From: Camelus dromedarius | Lineage: Eukaryota | NCBI RefSeq assembly: GCF_036321535.1 | Contig: NC_087438.1 | Location: 2,356,001-2,420,000 of the forward strand | Direction: 5' to 3' | DNA length: 64,000 nt | Shown here: one piece after another, positions 37,505-48,285 of the stretch | How the letters are laid out: each line of letters starts with the position of its first letter | Position numbering within the stretch: position 1 is the first letter of the stretch | The notes under the pieces: generated by a model | What the model saw: only the letters and a program-made list of their open reading frames with translations | Database searches by the model: none | What the model was told of the DNA's origin: nothing | Program-made: the position numbers and the translations under genes

Positions 37505-38799
37505 GCCAGCATCACATAAGGCCAAAGTGCCCATCTTCAGCCCGCGGGAGCCACTTCAAGTTGGCTCTTGTGTCCGTTGGACCTGACCCCAGCGTGGCAT
37601 CCTTCCTCTCACACCACAGCTTTTTGACAGCTCTGATTGGCAAGTGCTCTGTGGTCCGCTTTATCATGGCGTACATTTATGAACGCCAGTGACGCCAGCA
37701 AAAATGCGGCTATGGATAGAGTCTGCTGGTGCCAGTGGTGCGTCTGCGTACGGAGGCGCCAGCTCAGCACGCGGAGACCCCCTACTGCCTTCTCAGAGCC
37801 CTGCAAAGGACCCTGGAAACATACATTTTTCATGCCAACTAGAACTTTTTTTCTTTTAACTGAAGTGTAGTTGATTTATAATGTATTAGATTCAGGTGTA
37901 CAGCAAAGTGATTCAGTTATACATATATGTAAGTCTATTCTTTTTCAGATTTTTTCCATTATAGGTTATTTTAAGCTATTGAATATAGTTCCCTGTGCTC
38001 TCCAATAGGCCCTTGTTGTTTATCTATTTCATACACAGTAGTGTGTATCTGCAAATCCCAAACTCCTAATTGATCCCTCCCCCCCACCCCTCTCCCCTTT
38101 GGTAACCATAGTTTGTTTTCTGTGTCTGTGAGTCTATTTCTGGCTTGCATAAATTTACTTGTATCTTTTTTCTTTAGATTCCACATATGTGATATCATAT
38201 GAGATCTGCCTTTGTCTGACTGACTTCACTTAATATGGTCATCTCTAGGGCCTTCCATGTTGCTGCAATTGGCACTATTTCATTTTTAAGTTTTTTCTAT
38301 TGAATTTGACAGTCAGTGATGCACAACAGTTAACAGTTTGTTTGCAGCTGGTGACTGGGAGGCAAGCTAACACGATCACGGAGTGCAGGAAGAAGTCCTT
38401 CAGAGGGAGCTGATGGTCCCAAGTCCCTCATGCAGTGATGACCCCTGCAAGCTCTGCATCCAAGTTGTGGGGACCCACGTTCAGAGAGCAGGTTGGTCCT
38501 TAAAAATCATCGAGCATGGAATACAGGCAACTTGCTATCCCGGGAGCTGGGGAATGGATGACATGTGAGAATCAGTGCCTACCCCTCACCCACTGGAGTG
38601 CCATGGTGGAGAGGAAGTTCATGGCGCTCCGCGCTGCAGCAGGAGGCGAGCTCGGGGCCGCGCTGTGAGCGCAGCAGGACTTACGCCAGCATCACATAAG
38701 GCCAAAGTGCCCATCTTCAGCCCGCGGGAGCCACTTCAAGTTGGCTCTTGTGTCCGTTGGACCTGACCCAAGCGTGGCATCCTTCCTCTCACACCACAG
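37505..38799. repeat. 115-bp direct repeat pair (37505-37619 and 38685-38799), 114/115 identical
   Basis: Direct comparison shows a single mismatch, C37590 versus A38770. Offset 1,180 bp. Confidence 0.98.
37846..38290 (-). mobile_element. L1 3' UTR fragment (cetartiodactyl-type)
   Basis: Poly-T followed by AACTGAAGTGTAGTTGATTTA...GGTAACCATAGTTTGTTTTCTGTGTCTGTGAGTC, homologous to 41270-41615 and 5437-5900. Confidence 0.92.
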
Positions 38800-39444
38800 G
38801 CGCGTCTTGTCCTCGGCTTATCCAGACCTGGACTCGGCCATTCCTCCAAGGAGCCCTGCTTCCTCTGAGTGTCATGGTCCGGGTGCCAAATAAACTGATT
38901 TTTGCTTCACAGTACAAATTTTTCAGTTTGTTAGTTTTATCCTAAATATTTTAATTAGCTCTAACTAATAAAGTTTAAAGGTAAACATTTAGGAAACTAA
39001 TTTCCATTTAAATGGGGGAAAGCAACCCCTTGTTTTCCCGAGGAGCCTGGGGCATCCTCGCGCAGGCGTCGGAGGCGGGCGCAGAGATCAGAGTCTGGAA
39101 TGCCCGGCCGTGAGGCAGATCCGAGTCCCTGTCATGAACCTGGCAGAAGCGAAGGGCTCCTGGGGAAGAGAATGCCCTTCTGAGCGTCACCTGAAGTGGG
39201 CAGGACATCACCCCTGTGGGAGGTGCTTGTGAACAGAACGCCCGGCTCACGGAGGCACTGACGAGAGTAAGGGTGTGTGGGCCGTTTTGGCTTCTGGACA
39301 CGTACACGGATGTGACAACAGCTGAGGTGCCTGGTTTCAGTGCCTGCTCTGCTGCAAGTGGTCGTGTGGCTGCTGACAGCTCGTCAGTCTGCAGACCTGG
39401 AGAGAGTTGTCCTTGCCCCTCCAGCTCAGAAATGCCCTCTGATT

Positions 39445-39491
39445 GTATGTGTGTGTGTGCACGTGCGTGTGTGTGTGTGTGTGTGTGTGTG
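39445..39491. repeat. Imperfect (TG)n microsatellite
   Basis: Read directly from the sequence. Confidence 0.95.
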
Positions 39492-40049
39492 AGACACAAA
39501 ATGTGCTTTGGCCACCGGCCGGCCATTGCAGTTCTGAAGTGTTTCTAATGGAACTTGCTGGAGGTCCTGTCCGGAGTGAATGCAAATCTGGCTGTCAGCC
39601 GTCTGAAGGGAGCGTCCAGAACAAACGGCGTCAGGGGACAGTCACGGGGGTGGGGTTCTCGGTCTCCCTCTGCCCCAGACGGGGCCTGTGTCAGCTTCTT
39701 TCTCTTTTTGCCCCCTCTTTTGGGAGTTATTTTTCAGGGTGCTGTAAGAGGCCCACGAGAACCGCAGCGGACGCTGAAATCCCCTTGTCCTTCACTGAGC
39801 GGCAGCGCTCCGGCCGCCGCGCACAGCCCAGTCTCGTCCGCCGAGAAGTGAGCCCGGGGGTGGCGTGGGGGAGACGTGGCAGGAGAATGTGTCCGTCAGT
39901 CTTTATGCCTTTGCTCTCAGTCCCCTTCGCGTTGCTGCCGGCACACACCCCTGCAGCGAGATTTTTCCTGCACCTTAAAGTCAAAGGTTTTTTGGGAAAA
40001 AAAAATTCTTGTTTAAGGCTGCCGTTTTTTCCTTCTAACCAGTTAATCT

Positions 40050-40072
40050 ACACACACACACACACACACACA
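40050..40072. repeat. (AC)n microsatellite
   Basis: Read directly from the sequence. Confidence 0.95.
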
Positions 40073-41227
40073 GACTTCTATCTCGCATGCCAATCCCTAG
40101 GGAGTGGGTATATGTATTTTACGTGTCCTGTGAGCAACTGGTTTCCGGGGTCTCTGGCCCGGGGTGAGTCCCCCCAACTTCTGCTGGAGACAGTAGGTAA
40201 GTCACGGACTCAGAGCCACGTCCACCATGTCTGTCACCACAGTGTGTCTGACCCCACTGCGGGTGTCTTAGGACGTCTCGGTTGTCTGGGGTCTCATATG
40301 ACAGTGGTTCACACTCAAGAAGAGACAGGTTGTGAAAGTTAGATCATGGAAGGTAGACACAAAATCTGCAGAGAGGCCTCAAGAGTGGTCAGAGAGCGTG
40401 GAGAGGGCCATCGGAGAGAGCTGGGGGGCCCGGCAGACGTCAGGGAGGCAACGTCAGCACAGCCCAGAGGCACCTGGGAGGGAGCCGGGTCCCCCCGGCT
40501 CAGGCTGGCCTCCCCCTAGCTCCCCCCAGTTCGCCCCTCAGCATCTCTCCAGGAACCGCACGCCGGGTCCTGGCTCTGGGACTGCCCCTGAGGTCCTGCC
40601 ACTTCCTTGTCCCCATCTCTTTGGGAAAACCGTTAGGCATGATGGTGCCCCTGTCGGACGGGAAGCCAAAGAGAAACACCAGTGTGCTTCCCATGACGTT
40701 TTCAAAACAAAACAAGCCAGAGATGAACATTTGTTCCAGCCCTCCGTGTGCAGAAGACAAGAATAAACTAGAACTTCATCCGCTCTGGGTGCTCACAAAA
40801 GTTCCTTTCAGAGCTCACGGCGACTCCCAGTTTACTGACTGCTAAACATGCTTTGTTTATTCAGAACCACATGGCTTGTCCAGAACAGACCTTGCTTTTG
40901 CCTTAACCCAATCTGAAACATAAATAGAGAATACAAAGAAACGGCTACAAAGGGAACGAAGTTCCGCCTCGGCCAACCTAGGTGGAGTCCCCGCCGGCCT
41001 GAGTCCCCGCTGCCTGCGTGTCACTGGGGGTCTCTGTCTCCGAGGGCCCTGGGGCAGGCTTCCCCGCGGGGCACCCCCACCCCCCACCCCCGGCTCATGT
41101 GCCCCCTCGCAGAGCCTCCCTCCTGCTTCGAAAGAAAGATTTGCTCCTGGGAACCACTGACCTTGGGACGGAAATGCTTGCAAACAGAGGGACGGAAGCC
41201 ACGGTGCACATCTGTGCACCCCGTTGC

Positions 41228-41615
41228 TTTTTTTGTTTTTTTGGATATTTACTTTTAAATTTAAATTAAATTTTTTTTTAATTGAAGTATAGTCGGTTTA
41301 CAATGTTGTGTCAGTTTCCGGTGTGCAGCCCAGAGCTCAGTCACGTGAGAACACACATACATTCGTTTTCATGTTCTTTTTCCCCACAAGTGACTATGAG
41401 GTACTGAATGTAGTTCCCTGTGCTCTGCAGTATGGACTTGTTGCTTATGTGTTTCGCATGTAGTAATTAGTATCTGCACATCTCAAACTCCCAGCTTATC
41501 CCTTCCCACCCCCTCCCCCTCCCCCCGTAACCATAAGTTTGTTTTCTAGGTCCGTGAGTCTGTTTCTGTTTTGTAACTAAGTTCATTTGTCTTTTTGTTT
41601 TTTAAGATTCTGCAT
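41228..41615 (-). mobile_element. L1 3' UTR fragment with T-rich (antisense poly-A) tail
   Basis: AATTGAAGTATAGTCGGTTTACAATGTTGTG...CCGTAACCATAAGTTTGTTTTC, homologous to 37846-38290. Confidence 0.92.
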
Positions 41616-41639
41616 ACTAACTCATCTCTGAGGCCCTGG

Positions 41640-42010
41640 TAGCGCCAGGCCCGCAGGCCGCGGGGACACAGCCGCAGATCTCGGCTCCAGTGCGCCCACC
41701 TCCATCAGGGCCTCCACGGCGATGCGGGGCGCTCCTGGCCAAGGGGGCGCTGCTCTGACCACCTCCCCGTGCCCGGCGTGGACAGGAGGGCACGTTTAAG
41801 AAGGGGGTGCCCGGGGAGTGCAGGACGCTCCCTGCCCCAGGCTCAGACGTGCGAGGGTCGCGGCCGCTGTGTTCTGAGGGCGTGTGCTGACTGGCGGAGG
41901 ACGTGGCGTCGGAGGGCCTGGCAACACGGCGACACGCGCCGGGAGATGACCCGGAGCCGCAGAAAGGTCCGCACTAAGAATGGACTCTCGGCTCGGCCTC
42001 CCCTGTTCCA
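41640..42010. promoter_or_regulatory. CpG-island-like segment (orphan)
   Basis: Hand count gives about 35-40 CpG in about 370 bp at roughly 70% GC. No associated coding exon was recognised. Confidence 0.55.
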
Positions 42011-43684
42011 GCACTGAGTCCCTGCTGCCGATGGCCCTGCGCTGACTTTGAAGCTCTGGACGCCATTCTCTAAGGGTTTTCTGGTTCCACCAGTGACATG
42101 TCACTAAAAACAGAGCCGCCTGAGCTGTGGGTGACAGAGCCCCAGAAATGCACCGCTGACGGGAGGAGCCGGATTGAGAGGCTCACCGAGTGTTGGGGGG
42201 AGAGGCTGAGCCCGGTGGAGGGCGACACACCCTCCCTGCGGTGTTGGGCTGGGCCCCACGTCCCGTGTCTCCCGGACCAGCTGCCCCAAGAGGCTGGGTC
42301 TGCTGCCCAACGGGGGCCTTCCGTCTCTTCCCGTTTGTCTCCTGGTCCCATCAGCATCACTCCAGCCGTGCTCGGTCCCCTCGGAGGACTCAGACCATTC
42401 CAGCGGCCTCAGCATATCCCAGCTTCTCGAATCAGCCTCGAGGTGACCCCAACCCCAGCAGCCTTGGCGGGACAGCCCCCCCCCCCCCAAGGTCTGAGTT
42501 TCTGCGTTGTGGGGCTCCCCTCCTGTTTCTGAATGCTGAGGATTCAGCTCTCTCTGTTTGTCCCCCGGCCCCAGGGTGCGCGGCCGCCTCCTGCAGCGGC
42601 CACAGGGCCGCAGAGTGCTCTCTGGGACCTCCCATTTTCCTCGCGACCTCCCTCCTCGCACATCCTCCCTTGGAGAGACGGACGAGTCCATCTTCTGGCT
42701 GGACCCCGGCAGGGCCGGGGGCCTCCTCGCCACACCCGGGCTTTCCTGAAGACGAGGTGAGCTCCCCTTTTGCTCCTCTGTTGACTCTGCCCACACCCCG
42801 CCCGCCTCCATCGCCACAGCCTCACCCTGAGAGGGCAGCGGTAACCCGGCCAGAGCCACAGCGGGGACCCCAGTCCAGCCTGGGACGCGTGTGCACGCGT
42901 GTGTGCGTGCACGTGTGCGTGTGCTGAGGTGGACGGCTAAACTCAAAGTGCGACAGGGAGAACAGACAAGACTGGAGCTTGGGAGCATTTAATTATTCGT
43001 TAATCCTTCTGTGCTTAGAGAAAGGATTTTTCATATAGCTCACCTGGAAAGAATGTTCTTTGGTGTAAAACTCTATTCATAAAAAGCTCCCTTGACTTCG
43101 CTCTGGCAAAAGCCCAGGTCTAGGTTACATGTCTGAAGAGAGCTTTATACAAACAGAACAAACAGTGTGAAATTTAGCTTCAGCCTGAAGTCCCACCCCC
43201 ACCTGAGTGAACAATAACGGCTCCAGTTGAGAGCGGACGGTTCAGACCCTGCAGTGAGCGTGCTGCCACCTGCCGGCGGACGTTGCTTTCCCAGAGCCAC
43301 GATTCCGCAAAGCTCTCCCTGGCCTCCCCCTTTGCTGACTGTGTATCGTGAACTAGCTCTTTGCTCCAGGTCCTGGGATGACACAAACCCAGCACCCGCG
43401 CCTGCCCTGTGAGGTAAACATCCTCGAGGGCGCAGTTCCCTGGACGGCAAGAGTGGACTTAGATGGCTTTTGTCTTTCCTGTGCCGAAGCTCAGAGATCA
43501 GCCGTCGCAATGCTGTTTTGTGCCTCAGGAGCGTGATCCTGCGATGCTGGTCCTGATCCTGCAGACACTGCCTTGTTTTGAAAACCAGTCACCCATCACC
43601 TTGTGGGGGGCATCCATCTCAGGGACAGGATGACTCAGAAGGTGAGCGCGTCTGAGAATTGCAATGAAAACTTCGTGTTTCATA

Positions 43685-44800
43685 AACTTCTAACGAACTT
43701 CTAAGAATATATTTAGACTCGCAGAAAAGCTGCAAAAATAGTGAAGTCCCTGCACCCTTCCATCAGTTTCCCGTAGTGGTAACACTTTTCCTGGCTAGAC
43801 ATTTGACTCAGCAGATGACCCAATGTTACCACCTCGCTCCCAGGAACTAAACTCCTCACTTTATTAGGACACCGCTGGTTTTTCTCTAGTGCCCTTTTTC
43901 CATCCCAGGTCCCCAACCAGAGGCCACATTCCATTCATTTGTAAATCTGTTGATCAATGACAGTTTCTCAGACTTTCCTTGTTTTGACGATGTTGAGAAG
44001 TTTGGGGGGTATCGGTCAGGGAATTTATAGAATGTCCTTCAGCATGGGCTTTCTTGTGGTTAGACAGGGCGTATGGATTTGGGGAAGGAAGACATAGAGG
44101 TAAAGTGACATCTGCACGTATCCTATCCAGGGCACATGCCACAACATGACTTTCCGTTGGTGCTGGTAACTGAGCAGCTAACAGAAGCAGCGTTTGTCAA
44201 GTTTCTGTAAAGTTTCTTTTTACCCCATTTTCAAACCGTACTCTCTTGAAACAAGTCACTAACTGCAGCCCACACCCCAGGGGGAGAAGGGAGGTGGGGT
44301 GACACTGCACATCCCCGGGAGTAGAGTATCCACATACTTTATTCCCAAATCTCTATGTAAAAGACTTGTCCCTTCACCCTCATTTATTTATTTATTCAAT
44401 AATTTATTTTCATCTGTATGGAGCATGCATGTTTCCTGTATTCTTTGGTTTAAATTTAATACTATGTTGTTAATCTTGTTGCTCAGACAGTCCAGCCCTG
44501 GCCAGCTTTGCGAGCACTTTCCGGTTGTCTCCTGTGTTCTGTTGAAATGTCCCCACTCTGTCTCCCTCTCTTTCTCTCTCTTTTTTTTTTTTTTTTTGAG
44601 TTCTCTCTTACTTTCTGTTACTACAAGCTGCTCCAAGTTCATCACGAGTATTTCCAGTCTCAATCCAGGAGTCAGCCATTTCTCCAAGGAACCTTGGTTT
44701 CTTCTACTGGAGAGGGTCTTAGACATCAAAGTCTGTGCACTGGGAGTGCTCATTGCTACCGGGGTGCTGACTTCATCTTTTTCTAAAACAATTCAGCTTC
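43685..44800 (-). mobile_element. L1MC/ME-type 3' end fragment
   Basis: AGACTCGCAGAAAAGCTGCAAAAATAGTG, ACAGTTTCTCAGACTTTCCTTG and CAGCCATTTCTCCAAGGAACC resemble recalled L1MC 3' UTR motifs. Confidence 0.8.
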
Positions 44801-46049
44801 CCCTCCCTGCCACCCCAGCCAAGGGCCTTCCTTAGCTACTTACAGATTAAATGCTCGTGGCCTGATTTTATTCTGTGCTCACATTGCCTGACCTCCCATG
44901 TCTCCCTGGGAAAGGATAATGAACGCTGCCTGGGATTGCACTGCATGTATGTTTGACTTTCTCAGTGTATGGCATGCGTGTGTCTCAAGCATCTAAAGGT
45001 CAGGTTGCGATTTATAGCCAAGCTGCTGAAGTAAAACTTAATTGTTTTAAAGTTGACTTTTCTCAGACATTGTCTGGAATTCTGTTCTATTTGAATGAAA
45101 CAGAATTCATACCACAGAAGCCAGACGTATGAAGGCAAGGGGGCAAACTAGGCTGCTTGCCAAGTGCTGTGAACACATCCTCTCCGGCAGTAACTTTAAT
45201 GGGAATGCGGCTGCCTTAATCAAAGTTTTTATAAAATGTTTCCAAGAAGGAAACATTTATTTGCATTTATCTGCATTTATTTTTCTATTATTCAGACATA
45301 CATTTGGTAGATTTTTTTTTTTTACAGACATGGCATTTGTTCACTTAGAAGTGATTAAGCATTTGTTCTGTGTGCTGAGTAGAATTGTTTGTGAGTTGTT
45401 TGCAAGGAAACCAGCTTCTAAAGTTCCCCTTGCTTTTCCTCCAGGCATTAATGTTATTCAAACGTGTGGCTTGGGGAAGAGGAGGGTGCACTCCTTAGTC
45501 CCCAAGCCCAGGTGGCCTCACCAACGTGATGACAAGGTGGATAATCAGAAAGACCATCACACCCTCTACGTGGACAGCTTCAGTCTCACGTGGCAGGTAA
45601 GTGAACACGTCCTCACATGTCTTCGCTGGTTTCCTGTCTGAAGCACGGACGTGGGGGGACCAAGAGAATCACAGATCCTTCGACATGGCTTGTCACCCCC
45701 GACCGGGGCAGGGCGGCCCAGGCATCACAGCACCAGTGCTTGGCCCAGACTTAGGAGGGCTGGAGCTCTTGCCTTGGTCCCTCGGGGCCCCGAGAAGCCA
45801 CGTAAGGGGTCTGACCTCCCGGAACCCGCCACGTCCCGGGAAGCCCAGGCCGCAGAATGGGGAGAATGGCTCTCTCAACTGGGGCTGCCTGGAAGAGGGG
45901 AGCCCTAGCACCCTCAGATGCCCATGAATCACCCACAGGAACAGGCTGTCCTCTCGTCTGTCCACCTCAAAGAGGACTAGTTTTGTGTCATCCTTGGGGA
46001 ATTCAGAAAAAGGTCATTCAAATTATATTCTGTGTTCTGTAGTTCAGCT

Positions 46050-46326
46050 GAGGAACTTTAGCCGAGAAAGAGGGCTGGAGGCTGAAACTGCTTGCGGAGA
46101 GAGGCCAAGGGGCACTGGGAGGCGGATCCCCGATGACGCCGCCCTGGGGGTGGGTGTTCCCGTTCCAGACAGCTCAGCTGAGAGCCCCGTGGGTCAGAGG
46201 CAAACCTTCTGGCTGAGCCCTTCCTAATCCCCAGCCTACAAACTCATGAACAGAGCACCACGGTTGCTTTGAGCTATTAAGTTTGAGGTAGTGTTTTTTT
46301 TTAAGCAGCCATAAAGAACGAAAACA
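46050..46326 (+). mobile_element. MaLR LTR (older MLT1) 3' part
   Basis: Ends with TTTGAGCTATTAAGTTTGAGGTAG...GCAGCCATAAAGAACGAAAACA, a typical MLT1 terminus. Confidence 0.65.
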
Positions 46327-47332
46327 CAATGTAAGCAAATAAAATGTCATCTTCCAACCAGAAAGCCAAACATCAGCTTGTCAATCAGTTATATATAAAC
46401 CATGTATATATGCCATATATAATGTATGTATGTACACACACACGATGTATACAGCCTGAAATTGTGTGTGAACCTGTGCGCAGCCAAAAAGCAGTCCCTG
46501 CTACAGTGTTTCTTTTTCTAGTGCTTTGACAGAGTTTCTTGATTCCTCTGCCTCTTCGTAATTCATAACGGCCCACCTCTGCCCGGCAACGCCATCAGGA
46601 AAAACGTCGGTGCATCCCAGCTCTGGTCTGTGGCACGGGCTCCTGATCTGTGTGCTGCACACACGCATCCCCTGTTCTTAGAAGACGTTTAGCAGGATTC
46701 CTCCTGCCTTCCTGGAGAACACTGCAGCCTTAAAGAAGTCCTCATTTGAAACAACAAAAACATTAAAAAAATCCCTGCAAGATAAGAAAATAAACATAGA
46801 CAATTTAAAACCATTATTAGCAAAAAGCGTTTCAGCCCTTAAATTAAAGGTAAAGGACAAGTCTAGGGTCCACTTTCCCCTCCTTTTTTTTCTGTTTAGT
46901 GCAACATTCACACCTGATTCAGTATTTTTATTTCAAAACCCTTCCTTCCACCTTGAACGTTCTGCATTGGTTTCCCACCTGACAGCCCAGCCGCTGCCAT
47001 CTGAAGTCACGGGGGAAGAAGGCCACAGGACAGTGGCACAGCCACCACCCATGCGTGGGCAGTCACAGGGTGGATCAGAGCCGAGAGGGCTGCCCTACAC
47101 CCCGGCTGGTCCCTGCAGGCAGCGGGAGGTTCTGTGGTCACAATCAAATGAGAAAAACAGGCAGGCCAGGTGCCCCAGGTACAGAACATCCCTGTTCATT
47201 TTTTCAAAATAAGTTCAATCACCCTATTCCTTTCTTACTTCAAAGCAAAATAACTGTAAATTAGTTCTTTTTTATTAATATTATTAAAGAAATTACATAT
47301 TAAAGTCATTTATGACTTCTAGTCTGAAATTA

Positions 47333-47372
<40 letters not shown>

Positions 47373-47380
47373 TCATCTAT
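47333..47380. repeat. Compound (TCTG)n(TCTA)n tetranucleotide microsatellite
   Basis: Read directly from the sequence. Confidence 0.95.
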
Positions 47381-47614
47381 CCATGTGTGTATACATTCTC
47401 CCCCCCAGGGACACAAATTGATGTACCAAAAGTCCACAGTTTGAGTTTTCACTACAAGTGCCTCTTGCCTTTGTGATCTGAGCAAGACCTCAAAACCCCA
47501 TCCCCGAGAAAAGGACCACCCTCCTAAGTCTGCTTGGAGGATAAACAAGGAAACACGAGGCCGGCACTCAGAACCGCGCTCCATCCACGTGAGCCTTTAT
47601 TTTTGCTTTGTCCC

Positions 47615-47948
47615 TTAACTTGCGTGCCCAGCTGTCTGAATCTGTGCAGTCTGCTGGAACAACAAATGTTCACCGTTCTGGATGCTGGAAGCCCGAGGCC
47701 AAGGTGCTGGCAGGTTCAGTGTCTATTCTGGGCCCCCTTCCTGTTCACAGAAGTCTGTCTTCCCCCTGCGTCCTCATGTGGAGGAAGCGGCGAGGAGCTC
47801 CCTGGTCTCTCCATCAGGGCACTAACCCCATGCATGGGGCTCCACCCTCAGACCCAACCAACCCCAAGCCCCGCCTCCGAACACCATCACTCTGGGGACT
47901 AGATTTCAACCCATGAATTTTGGAGAAACACAAACATTTGGCCCATAG
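47615..47948 (-). mobile_element. MaLR LTR (MLT1A-like)
   Basis: CACCGTTCTGGATGCTGGAAGCCCGAGGCCAAGGTGCTGGCAGG...TTTCAACCCATGAATTTTGGAGAAACACAAACATT. Homologous to 4345-4737. Confidence 0.85.
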
Positions 47949-48257
47949 TTCTGAATAATTGGATTGTAAGAGACTGCAGTTCCTTTCCTGTGCCTCATGT
48001 AATGACTTCAAGGGTGAAAGGAGGAGACTTCACTGCTCCTGGGGGGTCAGCAGCCCTCAGTCCCGCTGGACCAACCAGAGGGAAGGCTTACAGGGACATA
48101 AGCCGCTTTTGCACTAATGGAACATAATGTTTCAGGAGTAATTGTCCTGGCATTTATTTGGAACGTATATCTGAGAGCTGAGGTCGTCCGCTGGTGCTAA
48201 AATGGTATGAAATAAAAAATGTGTTTAGAAGTCATTTTCCTTCATGTTGCACAATAG

Positions 48258-48285
48258 GAAGGAAGGAAGGAAGGAAGGAAAGAAG
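48258..48285. repeat. (GGAA)n tetranucleotide repeat
   Basis: Read directly from the sequence. Confidence 0.9.

Larger units (their letters stand above)
37470..38880 (-). mobile_element. Ancient L1MC/ME-type 3' fragment split into 37470-37619 and 38685-38880 by an intervening segment
   Basis: Both parts align colinearly to the related L1 copy at 44410-44760 in this window. For example, CGGCCATTCCTCCAAGGAGCCCTG matches CAGCCATTTCTCCAAGGAACCTTG. Confidence 0.65.

Noticed and set aside
38660-38684. Small GC hairpin near the right end of the 1,065-bp insert (Helitron-like 3' end idea)
   Set aside because: There is no TC...CTRR terminus, and Helitrons do not make long target duplications.
39443-40342. 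299-aa ORF, the longest in the track
   Set aside because: It starts inside a (TG)n microsatellite and runs through an (AC)n tract. It has no recognisable domain and Cys/Arg/Pro-rich composition typical of chance frames in GC-rich DNA.
42104-42988. Overlapping 294-aa (-) and 245-aa (+) ORFs
   Set aside because: Both strands are open because stop codons are rare at high GC. They begin or end in a purine-pyrimidine repeat and have no family resemblance.
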